A DNA stretch of 64,000 nucleotides from Nitrospirota bacterium. Lineage in GTDB: Bacteria; Nitrospirota; UBA9217. The position numbers and the translations under genes are program-made. The notes below the pieces were generated by a model. The model had not been told where the DNA came from, did not search any database, and saw nothing but the letters and a program-made list of their open reading frames with translations. The stretch is from positions 1 through 64,000 of the forward strand of contig CAVUHW010000010.1 of the NCBI GenBank assembly GCA_963741205.1. The letters are read 5' to 3'. Below are positions 1 to 13,709 of the stretch, in pieces. Position 1 is the first letter of the stretch. Each line of letters starts with the position of its first letter.

Positions 1-19
1 GCCATGTTGTACTCAACTT

Positions 20-476
20 TCAGTTACATATCTTCTTTCCTCGTGCAAGGACCCGACACTTGGCCAACAGCTGATAAAAAACCTTCTGATACAGCTGCCA
101 TGGCCGATGTTCGTTGGCATAGGCCAGTGTGGAGCGCTTGGGCGCCTCATCGATACCGAGGTGTTTAAGTTTGCCCAGGCATGTCGCCAATCCTCCGCAT
201 ATCTCCCGTAGCGAGTGTGCCTGCCCCAGCTGACAGAATACCATCGCGACGAACTGGCCCCAGCAACTGAATCCTTTCACTCCTTTCTCGGCTCTGGTCT
301 CCCGCACCGCTCTTACAAAATCCTGATGTGGAAATATCTGTAGAATCTGTCCGAAAATACTGTTAAACTTGTTCACGGGGATGTCCTCCTTCAGAGAAAG
401 TGGTCTTAGACAAACCTACTCTATCCGATTGAGGCGTCCCCTGCAATTACTTAAATCTTATCTTGGACGGGTCTGA
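20..476 (-). mobile_element. IS4-family element fragment: DUF4372-type transposase N-terminus (ORF 20..376) plus probable left end
   Basis: ORF MNKFNSIFGQIL...FSCWGQFVAMVFCQLGQAHSLREICGGL...KRSTLAYANEHRPWQLY matches the N-terminal domain of IS4/DUF4372 transposases. It stops before the DDE domain. The end coordinate (~476) is estimated from CAGACCCGTCCAAGAT on the minus strand. Confidence 0.8.
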
Positions 477-699
477 TGTGTTCCTCAATCTGATGCAATT
501 TTAGCCGATTTTAGGCCACTTCGGTTATCCTGTCAAATATATTTAAAACTGCTTGAATGAAATCAGGGTTGCAGGTAATAAGGCATACGTCCGGAACAGT
601 TATGCAGCGCTTGCTGGGGCTGATTTGCTGAAACAGAAATGGCACTCGCTCCCCCGCTGTCGAAACAACTAGAGGAATGGTGCATGTTTTAGAAGTGGT

Positions 700-723
700 T
701 GGCTCCCCGTGCAGGCCTCGAAC
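700..723 (-). other. Isolated tRNA 3'-end fragment (possible att-site remnant)
   Basis: Minus strand reads GTTCGAGGCCTGCACGGGGAGCCA, i.e. T-loop to CCA end. No D-arm or anticodon arm is present upstream. Confidence 0.5.
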
Positions 724-792
724 TGAGCAAACCTTGTTTGATGTGGTTTTTCCGGTTGCGTTCCTCAGCGTCCTCTGCGGTGAATGAGCCCA

Positions 793-1817
793 TTACATCC
801 TCACCACGATCTTCCCGAAGAACTGCCGGGAGAGGAGCTTTTCATAGGCCTTCCGAGCGTCGTTAAAGTCGAACACGGAATCGACGACCGGCTTAAGTTT
901 CCCCGGGGAGAGCTTCAGATAATGGGCGACCGCGGCCTTCGGCCCCACGTAGACGCCGTGAATCGAAATGTTCTTGCCGAAGAGATAGCGGAGGCTCACG
1001 GCACTTCGTCGCCGGACGTGGCGCCGAAGGTCACGAGCCTTGCCGCCGCGCTTCAGGCACGACAGGGACTTGTTGAAGGTGGCCGCGCCCACATGGTCCA
1101 CGGCGATGTCCGCAAGCTCGCCCTTGGTGATGCGTTTCACCGCTTCCGCGAAATCTTCCTTCCGGTGGTTGATGACGAAGTCGGCGCCGAGACTCTTCGC
1201 CTTTTCGATCTTCCAGTCGTCGCCCACGGTTGTGATGACCGTCGCATGATAAAGTTTGGCGACCTGGATGAGTGCCGTGCCCACGCCGCTTCCGGCCGCG
1301 TGGATCATGACCGTATCGCCCTGCCTGATGCCCGCGCGCGAGACGAGCGAGTTCCAGGCCGTGGTGTAGGTGATCCCGAAGCAGGAGGCCTCCTCGAAGG
1401 AGAGGCCTTCCGGTTTCTTGAAGATATTCTCTGCCGGCGCCTTGACATATTCGGCGGACACGCCCGGCGTCGTAACGCCGAGGATGGAAAAGCCCGCGCA
1501 TTCATTGTCGCGGCCGCTCAGGCACCGTTCGCATTGGCCGCAGGAAAGTCCGGGGAACACGATACTGGGTCGCCGGGCTTGACATGCGGAACGCCGGGAC
1601 CGGCCTTTTCAACGACGCCGGACGCGTCGGAGGCGAAGATGTGGGGAAGGGGACCCGGACCGGATAGCCGCCGTCCATGACCCAGACATCGAGATGGTTG
1701 AGGGAGAAGGCCTTGACCCTGACCAGGACCTCGCTTGTCGGAAATTTCCGGCACGGGAAGATCGCCGATCTTGATTCCCTGGTACCCTATCTGTTCGTCG
1801 TAGTAAAGAGCCTTCAT
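793..1817 (-). CDS. Zinc-binding alcohol dehydrogenase / MDR-family oxidoreductase (frameshifted)
   Basis: Joined ORFs 1518..1817 and 793..1560. Contains the structural Zn motif CGQCERC...NEC, the nucleotide-binding HAAGSGVG and a C-terminal GKIVV. Confidence 0.85.
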
Positions 1818-1931
1818 GGTAGCCTCCAGAAATCTGGTTCATTTCCAAGTGACTGTGTATCCAGTCTGTCTGTGAGATACTCTGCATTCACGCATTTACA
1901 AGGATACGCCGATGCGATTCAGCTTGCTCCA

Positions 1932-4429
<2,498 letters not shown>

Positions 4430-4774
4430 GGCGCCTCCGGTGAGGGTTAATTTTTTTATTTTACCTGAAATAGCGCCGGGATGGGTTTTTTTATTTACCT
4501 CCTTGCGCGTCACCATTGTATGTCGCCGCTTCCGAGCGCGGAGAAAACTTTAGGATGACCTTGTGTCTTTCGAAGGCCTGCGCCCGAAATACTACTTTCA
4601 CCGAATTGACATAAGTGCCATAAGAGCAGGAAAATATAAATAGAGGAATACGATAGTCAAAACAGTGAGCTTATCAATGAGAAAAATAACATAACGGCTT
4701 GAATTACGGAAATAAGCCGCGGCTATGAATTTATTGAATTGCGGCAGAGAGGGTCAAGCCGAAGGAGGTATGCA

Positions 4775-5578
4775 ATGAAGATGGAAGTGACAAAAGGAGT
4801 GAACCTGTTTGTCCAGGATTGGGGTAAGGGCAAACCGATCGTATTCGTTCACGGGTGGCCTTACGGCCATAGAATATTCGAGTACGAGATGATGCAGCTT
4901 GCGAAGAAGGGCTATCGGGCGGTCGGCATAGACCTGCGGGGCTACGGCTATTCCGACAGGCCATGGGACGGCAATGACTATGATACATGGGCAGGCGACC
5001 TCGGGAGGGTCCTCAAGAACCTGAACCTGAAGGACGTTACGCTTGTCGGCTACTGCATGGGCGGGGCGATCGCCGCGCACTACTGGGCCACGAGCAAGGA
5101 CCCGCGGGTGACGAAGCTGGCGCTCATGTCTACCGCGCTCCCGTGGGCGGGGCAAAAGCCCGAAGACAGGAAGTGGTACGACGAGCACATCAAGTCCTGC
5201 CTCGACGACCAGGCGAAATGCACCTGGGATTTCACGTCGAATCTCTTCCATAAACCCGTGAGCGCGGAGTACAACCGCTGGCTCGTGGACCTGGGCAGGA
5301 TCGCGTCAGTGTATGCCTGCATCCGCGGCCTCGAAGAAATGAGGGACCGCGACCTGAGCAAGGAGCTGGGCAAGATCACCATCCCGACCAGGATTTACCA
5401 CGGCGTGCACGACAAAGTGCTTTCCTACGGTTGGGCTGAAGCGCTGCAGAAGTACATCAAGGGCTCGACCCTTGTGCGGTTCGAGAACAGCGGCCACGCG
5501 CATCTACTGGGATGAAAGGGACAAATTCGTCGATGAACTGGAGAAGTTCGTTCCGAGGCCCTGGCCAAGGCCGCATAA
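4775..5578 (+). CDS. Alpha/beta hydrolase, non-haem haloperoxidase/arylesterase-like (3' frameshift; end approximate)
   Basis: HGWP oxyanion motif, DLRGYGYS, nucleophile elbow GYCMG, HG..D and SGH. SD AAGGAGG precedes ATG 4775. Confidence 0.85.
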
Positions 5579-5583
5579 AACAT

Positions 5584-5628
5584 AAGGCCGGCGCAGTTTA
5601 ATTATTTCAGGCGCCGGCCTGAATTTTG
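5584..5628. terminator. Hairpin terminator between convergent genes
   Basis: AGGCCGGCGC...GCGCCGGCCT inverted repeat followed by a T-rich tract. Confidence 0.55.
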
Positions 5629-5740
5629 TTTGCTGGATTACCCGGATGACCTGGCTCAAATTTGACGAGGCAACGCCTCAAGCCAAAACAACGGATTTCG
5701 GTAGTGCGGAATACGGAGGGGTTCCATCGGCCTCTTGATC

Positions 5741-6393
5741 CTAATGAGTATAGACCAGAGAGCTTATGACCTGGGTCCTGCTGGACACCTTCATTTTCTT
5801 AAAGATATTCTGCAGGTGGGACTTCACGGTCTTTTCACTGATGTTCAGCGTGCAGGAAATGCTCCTATTGGACAGTCCGTGGAAGAGAAAGGTGACTATT
5901 TCTCTCTCCCGTTTCGTAAGCGGGTTCTCCAACTTCGAAAGCTTCGAATCCAGGTCCGGCGCCAGGAGGGGCGAGTATCGAACGAGCTGCTGGAGGAGCT
6001 TTCTTTCAGCCCAAATGCTTCCCGCATGGACGGTCTGTATCGCCTCGATGACGTGTTTTAATTTCTCCGCACGTTTGATATAGCCGTCAACCCCTTGCAT
6101 CATGTATTGCATAAGGACCGTGTCCGACATCTGCTGCTCCGAAAAGATGAGAAGGATCCTGTCCGGGGCGCCTTTATTTTCAGTTCATGCACAACCCTCA
6201 ACAGCGCCCCGGGTTCGAAGAGAAGAGGATCCAAAATGACGACGTCCGGGCGAAGATCGAGACCCGCCATGACTCGCGAGCCTCGTTCTATTCTCCCGAC
6301 AATCGTAAAATCCTTTTCTCTCTGGAGCAGCGCGGCCATTCCCTCGCAAAAGAGCGAACTCTCACATGCGAGCAGTATTCTGACAGCTTTCAT
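5741..6393 (-). CDS. NarL/LuxR-family response regulator (frameshifted)
   Basis: N-terminal receiver-like segment (RPDVVILD) joined to LuxR HTH LTKREREIV...GLSNRSIS..LNISEKTVKSHLQNIFKKM. Confidence 0.85.
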
Positions 6394-6570
6394 GGAAACG
6401 CCTCAAGCTTTCGTATCATGAACTGCTATCCCGGCATTGCCGGGCCATAAAATATTATAACCTAAAATTTGGCGGTTTACACAGTATAACATCCAGGCTC
6501 TTTGGGAAGCGATCAAGCGAGTAAGTACGGCGGCGGTCCTAAGGTGGGCCAGGACGTTACCCAGGTCGAT

Positions 6571-7176
6571 TCATGACGAGGTTTTCACGGAGCGGAGGGC
6601 CTTCCGGAACACGTCGAGGGGCTGGGCGCCGACGATGGTTTTTCCGCTTTCAAGAACAAAGGTCGGTACACCGGTAACACCGAGACGGGATGCCTCCTGC
6701 TGCGTAGCACTGAGCTTGGGCAGGTATGCCCCGCTCCCGATGGCGTCCAGCAAGGCCCCGGCGTCGAGGCCGACGTCGTGTGCGATCTGCGAAAGGACCT
6801 CGAGGTTTCCGATGTCGAGTCCCTGTGAGAAGTAGGCGGAAAAAAGCCCCGCATGAAGCGCGTCGAACGCGTTATGCTCGCGGGCAAACTCCGCTGTCTG
6901 GAGAGCGGGGCGTGAGTTGGACAACAAGGGCCGGTCGGCAAAGCCGATCCCGAAGGCCGTGCCCATTTCGCGGATGTGCTTCATCATGCTCTCGATGTCC
7001 CGGGCGCGGAAAAGCTCCGTCAGAAGCCTTCCCTCCGGCGGTGTCTCGGGATGGATTTCCACTCCCCTCCATTCGACCGACAGATCGAATTCTTTCTTCA
7101 GCTTTTCGACGATGCCCTCGCCGATGTAGCAGAAGGGTCAGATGTAATCGGAAAAGACCTGAATGTGGATGGCCAC
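6571..7176 (-). CDS. DsbA/FrnE-family oxidoreductase, probable selenoprotein (UPFC motif)
   Basis: GGAGGT SD, then GTG at 7176 reading VAIHIQVFSDYI-TGA-PFCYIGEG in frame with ORF 6571..7062, which ends with GVTGVPTF and VGAQP. Confidence 0.85.
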
Positions 7177-7264
7177 GGCATACCTCCCTTTCCGGATAAG
7201 CGACACCGTCACCGACGCGGTCAGCTTCGCATCGACCTGGAGGGAACGGGATTCGCAAGAACCG

Positions 7265-8976
7265 CTATATCTCCATGATGATCGGCAGGATCATGGGCCT
7301 GCGCTCCAGGCGCTTGTTGATGAACTTCTTGAGCGCGGACTTCACCCGGGCCGTGACCAGCGACCAGTCGCCCTTTGCCTCGGGGACCATGAGGGTGAGC
7401 GTGTCCAGGACCACGTCCTTCACCTCTGCCAGAAGCTCCTGCGATGCGTCCTCGAACACGAACCCGCGGGATACGATGTCCGGGCCGGACACGACCTTGC
7501 CCGTGATCTTCTCGATCCCGAGGATCACGATCACCACGCCGTCGTGGGCCAGCTTCATCCGGTCCCGAGCACGACCGTGTCCACGCCGGAGTCGGCAGTG
7601 GAGCCCGCGGTCTTGCCGTCGATGTACACCCTGCCCACGTTCACCATGCCCGCGCGGCGGGCGCTGTTCTCCGTGAACTCCATCACCTCGCCGTTCTCGA
7701 TGATGAAGATGTTCTCCTCGGGGATGTTCACCTTCCTGGCGAGCTGGGAATGGTAGACCAGGTGGCGGTACTCGCCGTGCACGGGGATGAAATATTTCGG
7801 CTTGATGAGGGCGAGCATGAGCTTCAGCTCTTCCTTGGACGCGTGTCCCGAGACGTGGATCTCGGACACCTTCTCGTAGAAGACCTCTGCCCCGTGCTTG
7901 AACAGGTGGTTGATGATCCGCGTGATGCCCCGCTCGTTCCCCGGGATCATCTTGGACGAAAGGATGATGGTGTCGCCCTTCCTGATCTGGAAGTGCTTGT
8001 GCTCGTTCGCGGCCATGCGCGAAAGCGCGCTCATGGGCTCGCCCTGGCTGCCGGTCGTGATCATCACGACCTCTCGTCCGGCAGGTTCTTCAGCGCTTCG
8101 ATCTTGAGCCACGTGTCCGGCGGCATCCTGAGGTAGCCCAGGTCGAGCGCGATCTGGGCGTTGGCGATCATGCTCTTGCCGTTCAGGATCACCTTCCTGC
8201 CGTGCATCACGGCCACGTCGATGATCTGCTGCACGCGGTGGATGTTCGACGCGAAGGTCGCGACCACGATCCTGCCCTGGGCGCGGCCGAAGATGTCCTC
8301 GAGCCCCCGCCGCACTTCCTTTTCCGAGAAGGTGTAGCCGCCCTTCCCGGCGTTCGTGCTGTCCGACATGAGCACGAGGGTGCCCTTGTCCCCGTACTCC
8401 GCAAAGGTCCGGAGGTCCATGATCTCGCCGTCAACGGGCGTCGGGTCGATCTTGAAGTCGCCGGTATGCACCACGCGGCCCACGGGCGTGGTGATCCCGA
8501 GGCCCACGCCGTCAACGATGCTGTGGGTCACGCGGATGAACTCGACGCGGAAGCAGCCGAGCTGCACCACTTCCCGCGGCTTAACGGCGATGAGCTCCGC
8601 CTCGCTGTCCAGCTCGTATTCCCTGAGTTTCTCCCTGACGAACCCGAGCGTGAGCCGCGTGCCGTAGATCGGGACCTTGATCTCCTTGAGGAGAAAGGGG
8701 AGCGCGCCGATGTGGTCCTCATGGGCGTGGGTGATGCACCACACCGCGGATGCGGTCCCGGTTCTCGATGAGGTAGGAAAAATCGGGGATCACGATGTCC
8801 ACGCCGAGCATCTCGGCGTCGGGGAACATGAGGCCGGCGTCGATCACCATGATGTCGTCGCCGCATTCGAGCACGGTCATGTTGAGCCCGATCTCGCCCA
8901 CGCCGCCCAGGGGGATGATCGACAGGGCCGCTCCGTTTGAGCCGCCCGGCTCGAGGGTGATAGGGATGTCCGACAT
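7265..8976 (-). CDS. rnj: Ribonuclease J (frameshifted)
   Basis: PLGGVGEIGLN, THAHEDHIG, HTGDFK, SDSTN, TGSQGEPMSAL, HVSGH, PVHGE and C-terminal RRPMILP. Confidence 0.95.
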
Positions 8977-9128
8977 AGTGTTCTCTCCAGGGGGATATCA
9001 GAAAAAAAAGGTTTATGCCGGCCTACTATATTCTTTTTGGGGGGAATCGTCAACTCCGTCCCGCCCGGTTTTCCCCGTCGAGGCGCTTTTTTGTTCTATG
9101 GTATGCTTAGGAGCAGGAGCAGAAGCCC

Positions 9129-9867
9129 ATGCCTCGAAGAATCCTTGTCATAGAAGACGACGTCGATATCGCCCGGCTGGTTGAGCTCCATCTGCGGGAC
9201 GGGGGGTATGAAGTCAGTCTTGCATATGACGGCGCGGCCGGCCTCAAGCTGGCCCTCTCGAAACCGTTCGACCTGATCATCCTCGACCTGCTGCTCCCCG
9301 GGGTGGACGGGCTGGAGATCTGCCGGCGCATAAGGGCAGCGTCCGCATATACCCTCATCCTCATGCTGACCTCCCGGTCCACCGAACTCGACCGGGTCGT
9401 GGGCCTCGAGATGGGCGCGGACGATTACCTGACAAAACCGTTCAGCATCCCCGAACTTCTGGCAAGGGTCAAGGCCCTGTTCCGCCGCGAGGAAGCGCTC
9501 AAGGCGGAGGCGTCTTCGGCGCCCGGGAAAACGATCAGGGCAGGCGGCCTCGCGATCGATGTCGGAAAAAAGGAGGGTCACGATCGGCAACAGGGATCTA
9601 TCGCTGACTGCCAAGGAATTCGACCTCCTGCTCCAGTTCGCCAGGCACCCCGGCCGGGTCTACACGCGGCTTGAGCTTTTAAATCTTGTCTGGGGGTACG
9701 GATACGAGGGGTATGAACATACGGTCAATTCTCATATCAACCGCCTGAGGGCGAAGATCGAGGACGACCCCGCGAAGCCCCGCATCATTTTGAGCGTTCG
9801 GGGCGTCGGGTACAAGTTTTCCGATGCCGCGGAATTCGATGTGACCGGCAAGACGGCAGGTGTCTGA
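9129..9867 (+). CDS. OmpR-family response regulator (frameshift in A-run near 9570)
   Basis: Receiver domain (ILVIEDD, ILDLLLP, GADDYLTKPF) plus winged helix (LTAKEFDLL...TVNSHINRLRAKIE...VRGVGYKF). Confidence 0.92.
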
Positions 9868-9932
9868 ATTGAAACAAAGCAGGTGACCGCGAAATATCCG
9901 ATGTGATGAGAACGTCGTTGAGGGACTGGATC

Positions 9933-11414
9933 ATGTTCAAGAACCTTTCCACCAGGCTGGCAGGCGTCCTGTTCGTATTGTTTCTGATCATCGGCATCCT
10001 GTACATCCTGCTGACGATCTATACCACCCGCCTCTATTTCCAGGAAGTGAACCAGAAGCTGAACCGCATCCTGGCCCAGCACCTGGTCTCGGAAAATATC
10101 CTCATGAAGGAGGGACGGGTCGACGAAGAGGCTCTTCGGAACATCTTTCACATGCTCATGGTCGTGAACCCGGTCATCGAGGTTTATCTCCTCGATGCGC
10201 AGGGAAACATCCTGGCTTACTCGGCCCCGCCGGGAAAGGTGAAGCGAAAAGCTGTGTCGCTGGAGCCTGTGAAACGGCTCTTAAGCGGGGCCATGCCGCT
10301 GCCCGTGCTGGGCGACGATCCCCGCGATCTAACTCAGAAAAAAGTATTTTCCGTTGCCCCCATTTCGCTCGACGGCCGCACCGAGGGCTACCTTTACATC
10401 ATCCTGGGCGGGGAAGAGTTCGAGACCGAGGCCCAGATGCTGCAAGGCAGCTACATCCTGCGGCTCAGCGTCTTTGCTGCGGCGGGGGGGCTGCTCTTCG
10501 CCCTCCTGGCGGCGCTGCTCCTGTTCAACCGGATGACGCGGAGGCTCCGGCATTTGACCCTGGCCATGGAGACGTTCCGGCAGAGCGACTTTTCGGCGCC
10601 CCCCGGGCCCCTTCATCGGGCTCCCACCCGCCAGGGAGATGAAATCGACAGGCTTGGCGGGATCTTCGAACAGATGTCTGAGCGCATCGTCGGGCAGTTT
10701 ACGGAGCTCAAGGCCTCGGACAAGCTTCGGCGGGAAATGGTGGCAAACATAGCTCATGATCTGAGGACCCCTCTCACGTCCCTTCAAGGCTATCTTGAAA
10801 CCCTGCTCATGAAGGAGGGGACCTTGACGGCCGTTGAAAAGCGCGACTATCTCATGACCGCAATCAAGCGTTCAGACCAGCTCGGGAAGCTGATCTCCGG
10901 GCTCTTCGAGCTTGCGAAACTCGATTCGCCGGATGTCCGGGTCCGCTTCGAAGCCTTCTCTCTTGACGAACTTGTCCAGGACATCCTGCAGAAGTTCCGG
11001 CTCGCGGCGGAAAAGAAAAAGATCAGTCTCCGGATGAATATGGCCGACGATCTTCCGGCGGTGTACGCGGACATCGGGCTCTCCGAACGGGTGTTCGAAA
11101 ACCTCATCGAAAACGCCCTCCGCTCCACGCCGCATGACGGTTCGATCACGGTCAGCGCGGAACCCGAAAGCGGCCGCATCAAGGTCCGGGTTTCGGATAC
11201 GGGCTCGGGAATCCCGGCCGAGGACATCCCGCACCTGTTCGACCGCCTCTATTATCGCGAGCGAAGGGGCGGACAGGGAGCGGGTTCCGGGCTCGGTCTT
11301 ATCATTGCCAGGAGAATCCTCGAACTCCACGGGAGCGGCCTCGAGGTTACGAGCGAGATCAATGCCGGCACGACCTTTACGTTTTTCCTGCCAATAAATA
11401 AACCCCGGTTGTGA
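9933..11414 (+). CDS. HAMP-containing sensor histidine kinase
   Basis: Two TM segments, HAMP (DEIDRLG), H-box AHDLRTPL, N-box NLIENA, DTGSGI and GSGLGL. Confidence 0.95.
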   Translation: MFKNLSTRLAGVLFVLFLIIGILYILLTIYTTRLYFQEVNQKLNRILAQHLVSENILMKEGRVDEEALRNIFHMLMVVNPVIEVYLLDAQGNILAYSAPPGKVKRKAVSLEPVKRLLSGAMPLPVLGDDPRDLTQKKVFSVAPISLDGRTEGYLYIILGGEEFETEAQMLQGSYILRLSVFAAAGGLLFALLAALLLFNRMTRRLRHLTLAMETFRQSDFSAPPGPLHRAPTRQGDEIDRLGGIFEQMSERIVGQFTELKASDKLRREMVANIAHDLRTPLTSLQGYLETLLMKEGTLTAVEKRDYLMTAIKRSDQLGKLISGLFELAKLDSPDVRVRFEAFSLDELVQDILQKFRLAAEKKKISLRMNMADDLPAVYADIGLSERVFENLIENALRSTPHDGSITVSAEPESGRIKVRVSDTGSGIPAEDIPHLFDRLYYRERRGGQGAGSGLGLIIARRILELHGSGLEVTSEINAGTTFTFFLPINKPRL

Positions 11415-11462
11415 CCTCCGGAGGCCGAGCCCGGGAAATTCAGCCTTTCGTCTTACCTTTTT

Positions 11463-11503
11463 CCGTGACGAACTCTTTATCCAGCCGTGACCATGCCGTG
11501 ACC
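11463..11503 (+). promoter_or_regulatory. Phased CCGTGAC direct repeats (putative OmpR-family operator) upstream of msrAB
   Basis: CCGTGAC at 11463, 11485 and 11496 (spacings 22 and 11 bp). Confidence 0.55.
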
Positions 11504-11565
11504 TTGAAGAGGTATGCTCTAACCAGTTGCAGGGTGTAATATGATAGAGAAAGAGAGGATATCGT

Positions 11566-12636
11566 ATGCTGATGAAGATGATAATAGGATCATTGCTCAT
11601 TTTACCGCTCCTGGTTACGGCTGCCGGCGCAGGCAACATGCCGCGCCTTGAAAAGGCGACCTTCGCGGGCGGCTGTTTCTGGTGCATGGTGCCGCCGTTT
11701 GAAAAGCTGGACGGCGTCAAGGAGGTCGTCTCCGGCTACACCGGGGGGCGCAAGGTAAATCCCACGTATGAAGAAGTCTCCGCCGGAGGCACGGGCCACC
11801 TGGAGTCCGTGGAGATCACTTACGATCCCGAAAAAGTAAGCTACGCGAAGCTCCTGGACGTATTTTGGATGCAGATCAACCCCACTGACGCGGGCGGCCA
11901 GTTCGTGGACCGCGGGTCGCAGTACAAGTCCGCCATCTTCTATCATAATGACGGGCAGAAGAGGCTGGCCGAAGAATCAAAAAAGAAGCTCGAGGCATCG
12001 GGCCGCTTTGACAAGCCCATAATCACAGAGATCCTTCCCGCCGGTCCTTTTTATCCGGCCGAGGAGTACCACCAGGATTACTGGAAGAAAAATCCCGTCC
12101 GGTACAAATTCTACCGTTACAATTCCGGACGCGACCAGTATCTCCACAAGATCTGGGGAAAGGAGGAGGCGATGCAGACCGCGAATGCCGAAGAAACGTT
12201 CAGCAAGCCGTCAAAGGAGGAGTTGAAAAAGAGGCTCACCCCCATGCAGTATAAGGTGACGCAGGAGGAGGGCACGGAGCCGCCCTTCAGCAATTCATAC
12301 TGGGACAACCACAGGCCGGGCATCTACGTCGATATCGTTTCCGGCGAGCCCTTGTTCAGCTCGCAGGACAAATACGAGTCAGGCACCGGGTGGCCGAGCT
12401 TTACGAGGCCCCTCGAACCCGGAAACATCGTAGAGAAGACGGACCGGCACCTCTTCTCGGTAAGGACCGAGGTCCGGAGCAGGCACGGAGACTCACATCT
12501 GGGCCACGTATTCAACGACGGCCCCAAACCCACGGGCCTTCGCTACTGCATGAATTCCGCGTCGCTCAGATTCATCCCCAGGGAGGACCTGGTGAAGGAA
12601 GGTTACGGGAAGTACGTGAAGCTCTTCGAAAAGTAA
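11566..12636 (+). CDS. msrAB: Exported bifunctional peptide methionine sulfoxide reductase MsrA/MsrB
   Basis: Signal peptide; MsrA motifs GGCFWC and AEEYHQDY; MsrB motifs [14 protein letters not shown] and RYCMNS. Confidence 0.95.
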   Translation: MLMKMIIGSLLILPLLVTAAGAGNMPRLEKATFAGGCFWCMVPPFEKLDGVKEVVSGYTGGRKVNPTYEEVSAGGTGHLESVEITYDPEKVSYAKLLDVFWMQINPTDAGGQFVDRGSQYKSAIFYHNDGQKRLAEESKKKLEASGRFDKPIITEILPAGPFYPAEEYHQDYWKKNPVRYKFYRYNSGRDQYLHKIWGKEEAMQTANAEETFSKPSKEELKKRLTPMQYKVTQEEGTEPPFSNSYWDNHRPGIYVDIVSGEPLFSSQDKYESGTGWPSFTRPLEPGNIVEKTDRHLFSVRTEVRSRHGDSHLGHVFNDGPKPTGLRYCMNSASLRFIPREDLVKEGYGKYVKLFEK

Positions 12637-12672
12637 GGCCGTCGGATTCTCAATTTGTCCTAGGCCGGAGCG

Positions 12673-13578
12673 TTAGGAACGTCCCTCGGACGCTTTCCGG
12701 ATGAACGTCTTCAACCCCTCTCGGAAGCTTACCGGCTCGATGCCGAAGACGTCCCTGATGTCGCGCATGCCGCAGACGTTGTCCTCCTGCAGCATGATGA
12801 GCTGGTCCGTCGTCACCGGTGGCTTGGGAAGCATTGTCTCGAGCACCCGTGCGACGGTTCTCATAAAGAAGAGCGGCATGTGGACGGTCGGCCGTCTGAC
12901 GCCCATGACGTCGGCTATCTCCGTGGTCACTTCTTCGTAGCTCAGTTGTTCGGGCCCGCCGATCTCGTACATTTCGTTGAAACAGCAAGCGCTCGTCACC
13001 GCCTGGAGGAGGCAGGCCGCAACGTCGTCGATGAAGATCGGCTGGACCCTGGACTTGCCTGAACCGATGACGGGCAGGAGGGGCGACAGCCTGATCATCT
13101 CCGAGAGCCTGATGGTAAACTGGTCGCCGGGGCCGTAGATGAGCGACGGCCTGAGGATGGTGAATGGAATGCCGCTCGCGCGCACGAGCTCTTCGGCTTC
13201 CCACTTGGTCCTGTGATAGACGCTCTTTGCGCCGGGCCGGGTGCCGAGGGCGCTCTGGTAGATGAAATGGCGCACACCCGATTTCCGCGCCGCTTCGAGG
13301 ACGTTCCGCGTGCCCTCGACATGAACGGCCTGGAACGTGGCGCCGGGCGTCTCCTGGATAATGCCCACGAGATGGACCACTCGTTTCGTTCCTTCCGCCG
13401 CCTTTTCGAGCGAGGTCTTGTCGGACACATCGCCCTTGACGACATCAACGCCGATGTCCCTGAGCCACGCCGCCCTATCCGGATCCCTGACCACAGCGCG
13501 CACGGGAACATCGTTCTTGCGCAAACGCCGGATGAGGTGGGAGCCGACAAATCCGGTGCCGCCGGTTATGAGTATCAT
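12673..13578 (-). CDS. NDUFA9-like atypical SDR / NAD-dependent epimerase-dehydratase family protein
   Basis: MILITGGTGFVG, YHRTK, LRPSLIYGPGD and QPIFIDDVA. Confidence 0.88.
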   Translation of the reverse strand: MILITGGTGFVGSHLIRRLRKNDVPVRAVVRDPDRAAWLRDIGVDVVKGDVSDKTSLEKAAEGTKRVVHLVGIIQETPGATFQAVHVEGTRNVLEAARKSGVRHFIYQSALGTRPGAKSVYHRTKWEAEELVRASGIPFTILRPSLIYGPGDQFTIRLSEMIRLSPLLPVIGSGKSRVQPIFIDDVAACLLQAVTSACCFNEMYEIGGPEQLSYEEVTTEIADVMGVRRPTVHMPLFFMRTVARVLETMLPKPPVTTDQLIMLQEDNVCGMRDIRDVFGIEPVSFREGLKTFIRKASEGRS

Positions 13579-13624
13579 GGAATGCCTCCCGGTGGAACAG
13601 CAAGGAACGAGAATAGATGAACCG

Positions 13625-13702
13625 GCATAGCGCATAGAGCATGGCGCAAAGCGCAAAGACTCATGTAATGTACGCCATGCGCTATGCCCTTTGCGCTATG
13701 CG
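13625..13702. repeat. Inverted heptamer-array element (GCATAGC/GCTATGC type)
   Basis: Left arm gcatagc-gcataga-gcatggc-gcaaagc-gcaaag; right arm ccatgc-gctatgc-cctttgc-gctatgc is roughly its reverse complement. Confidence 0.75.
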
Positions 13703-13709
13703 ATTTTCC

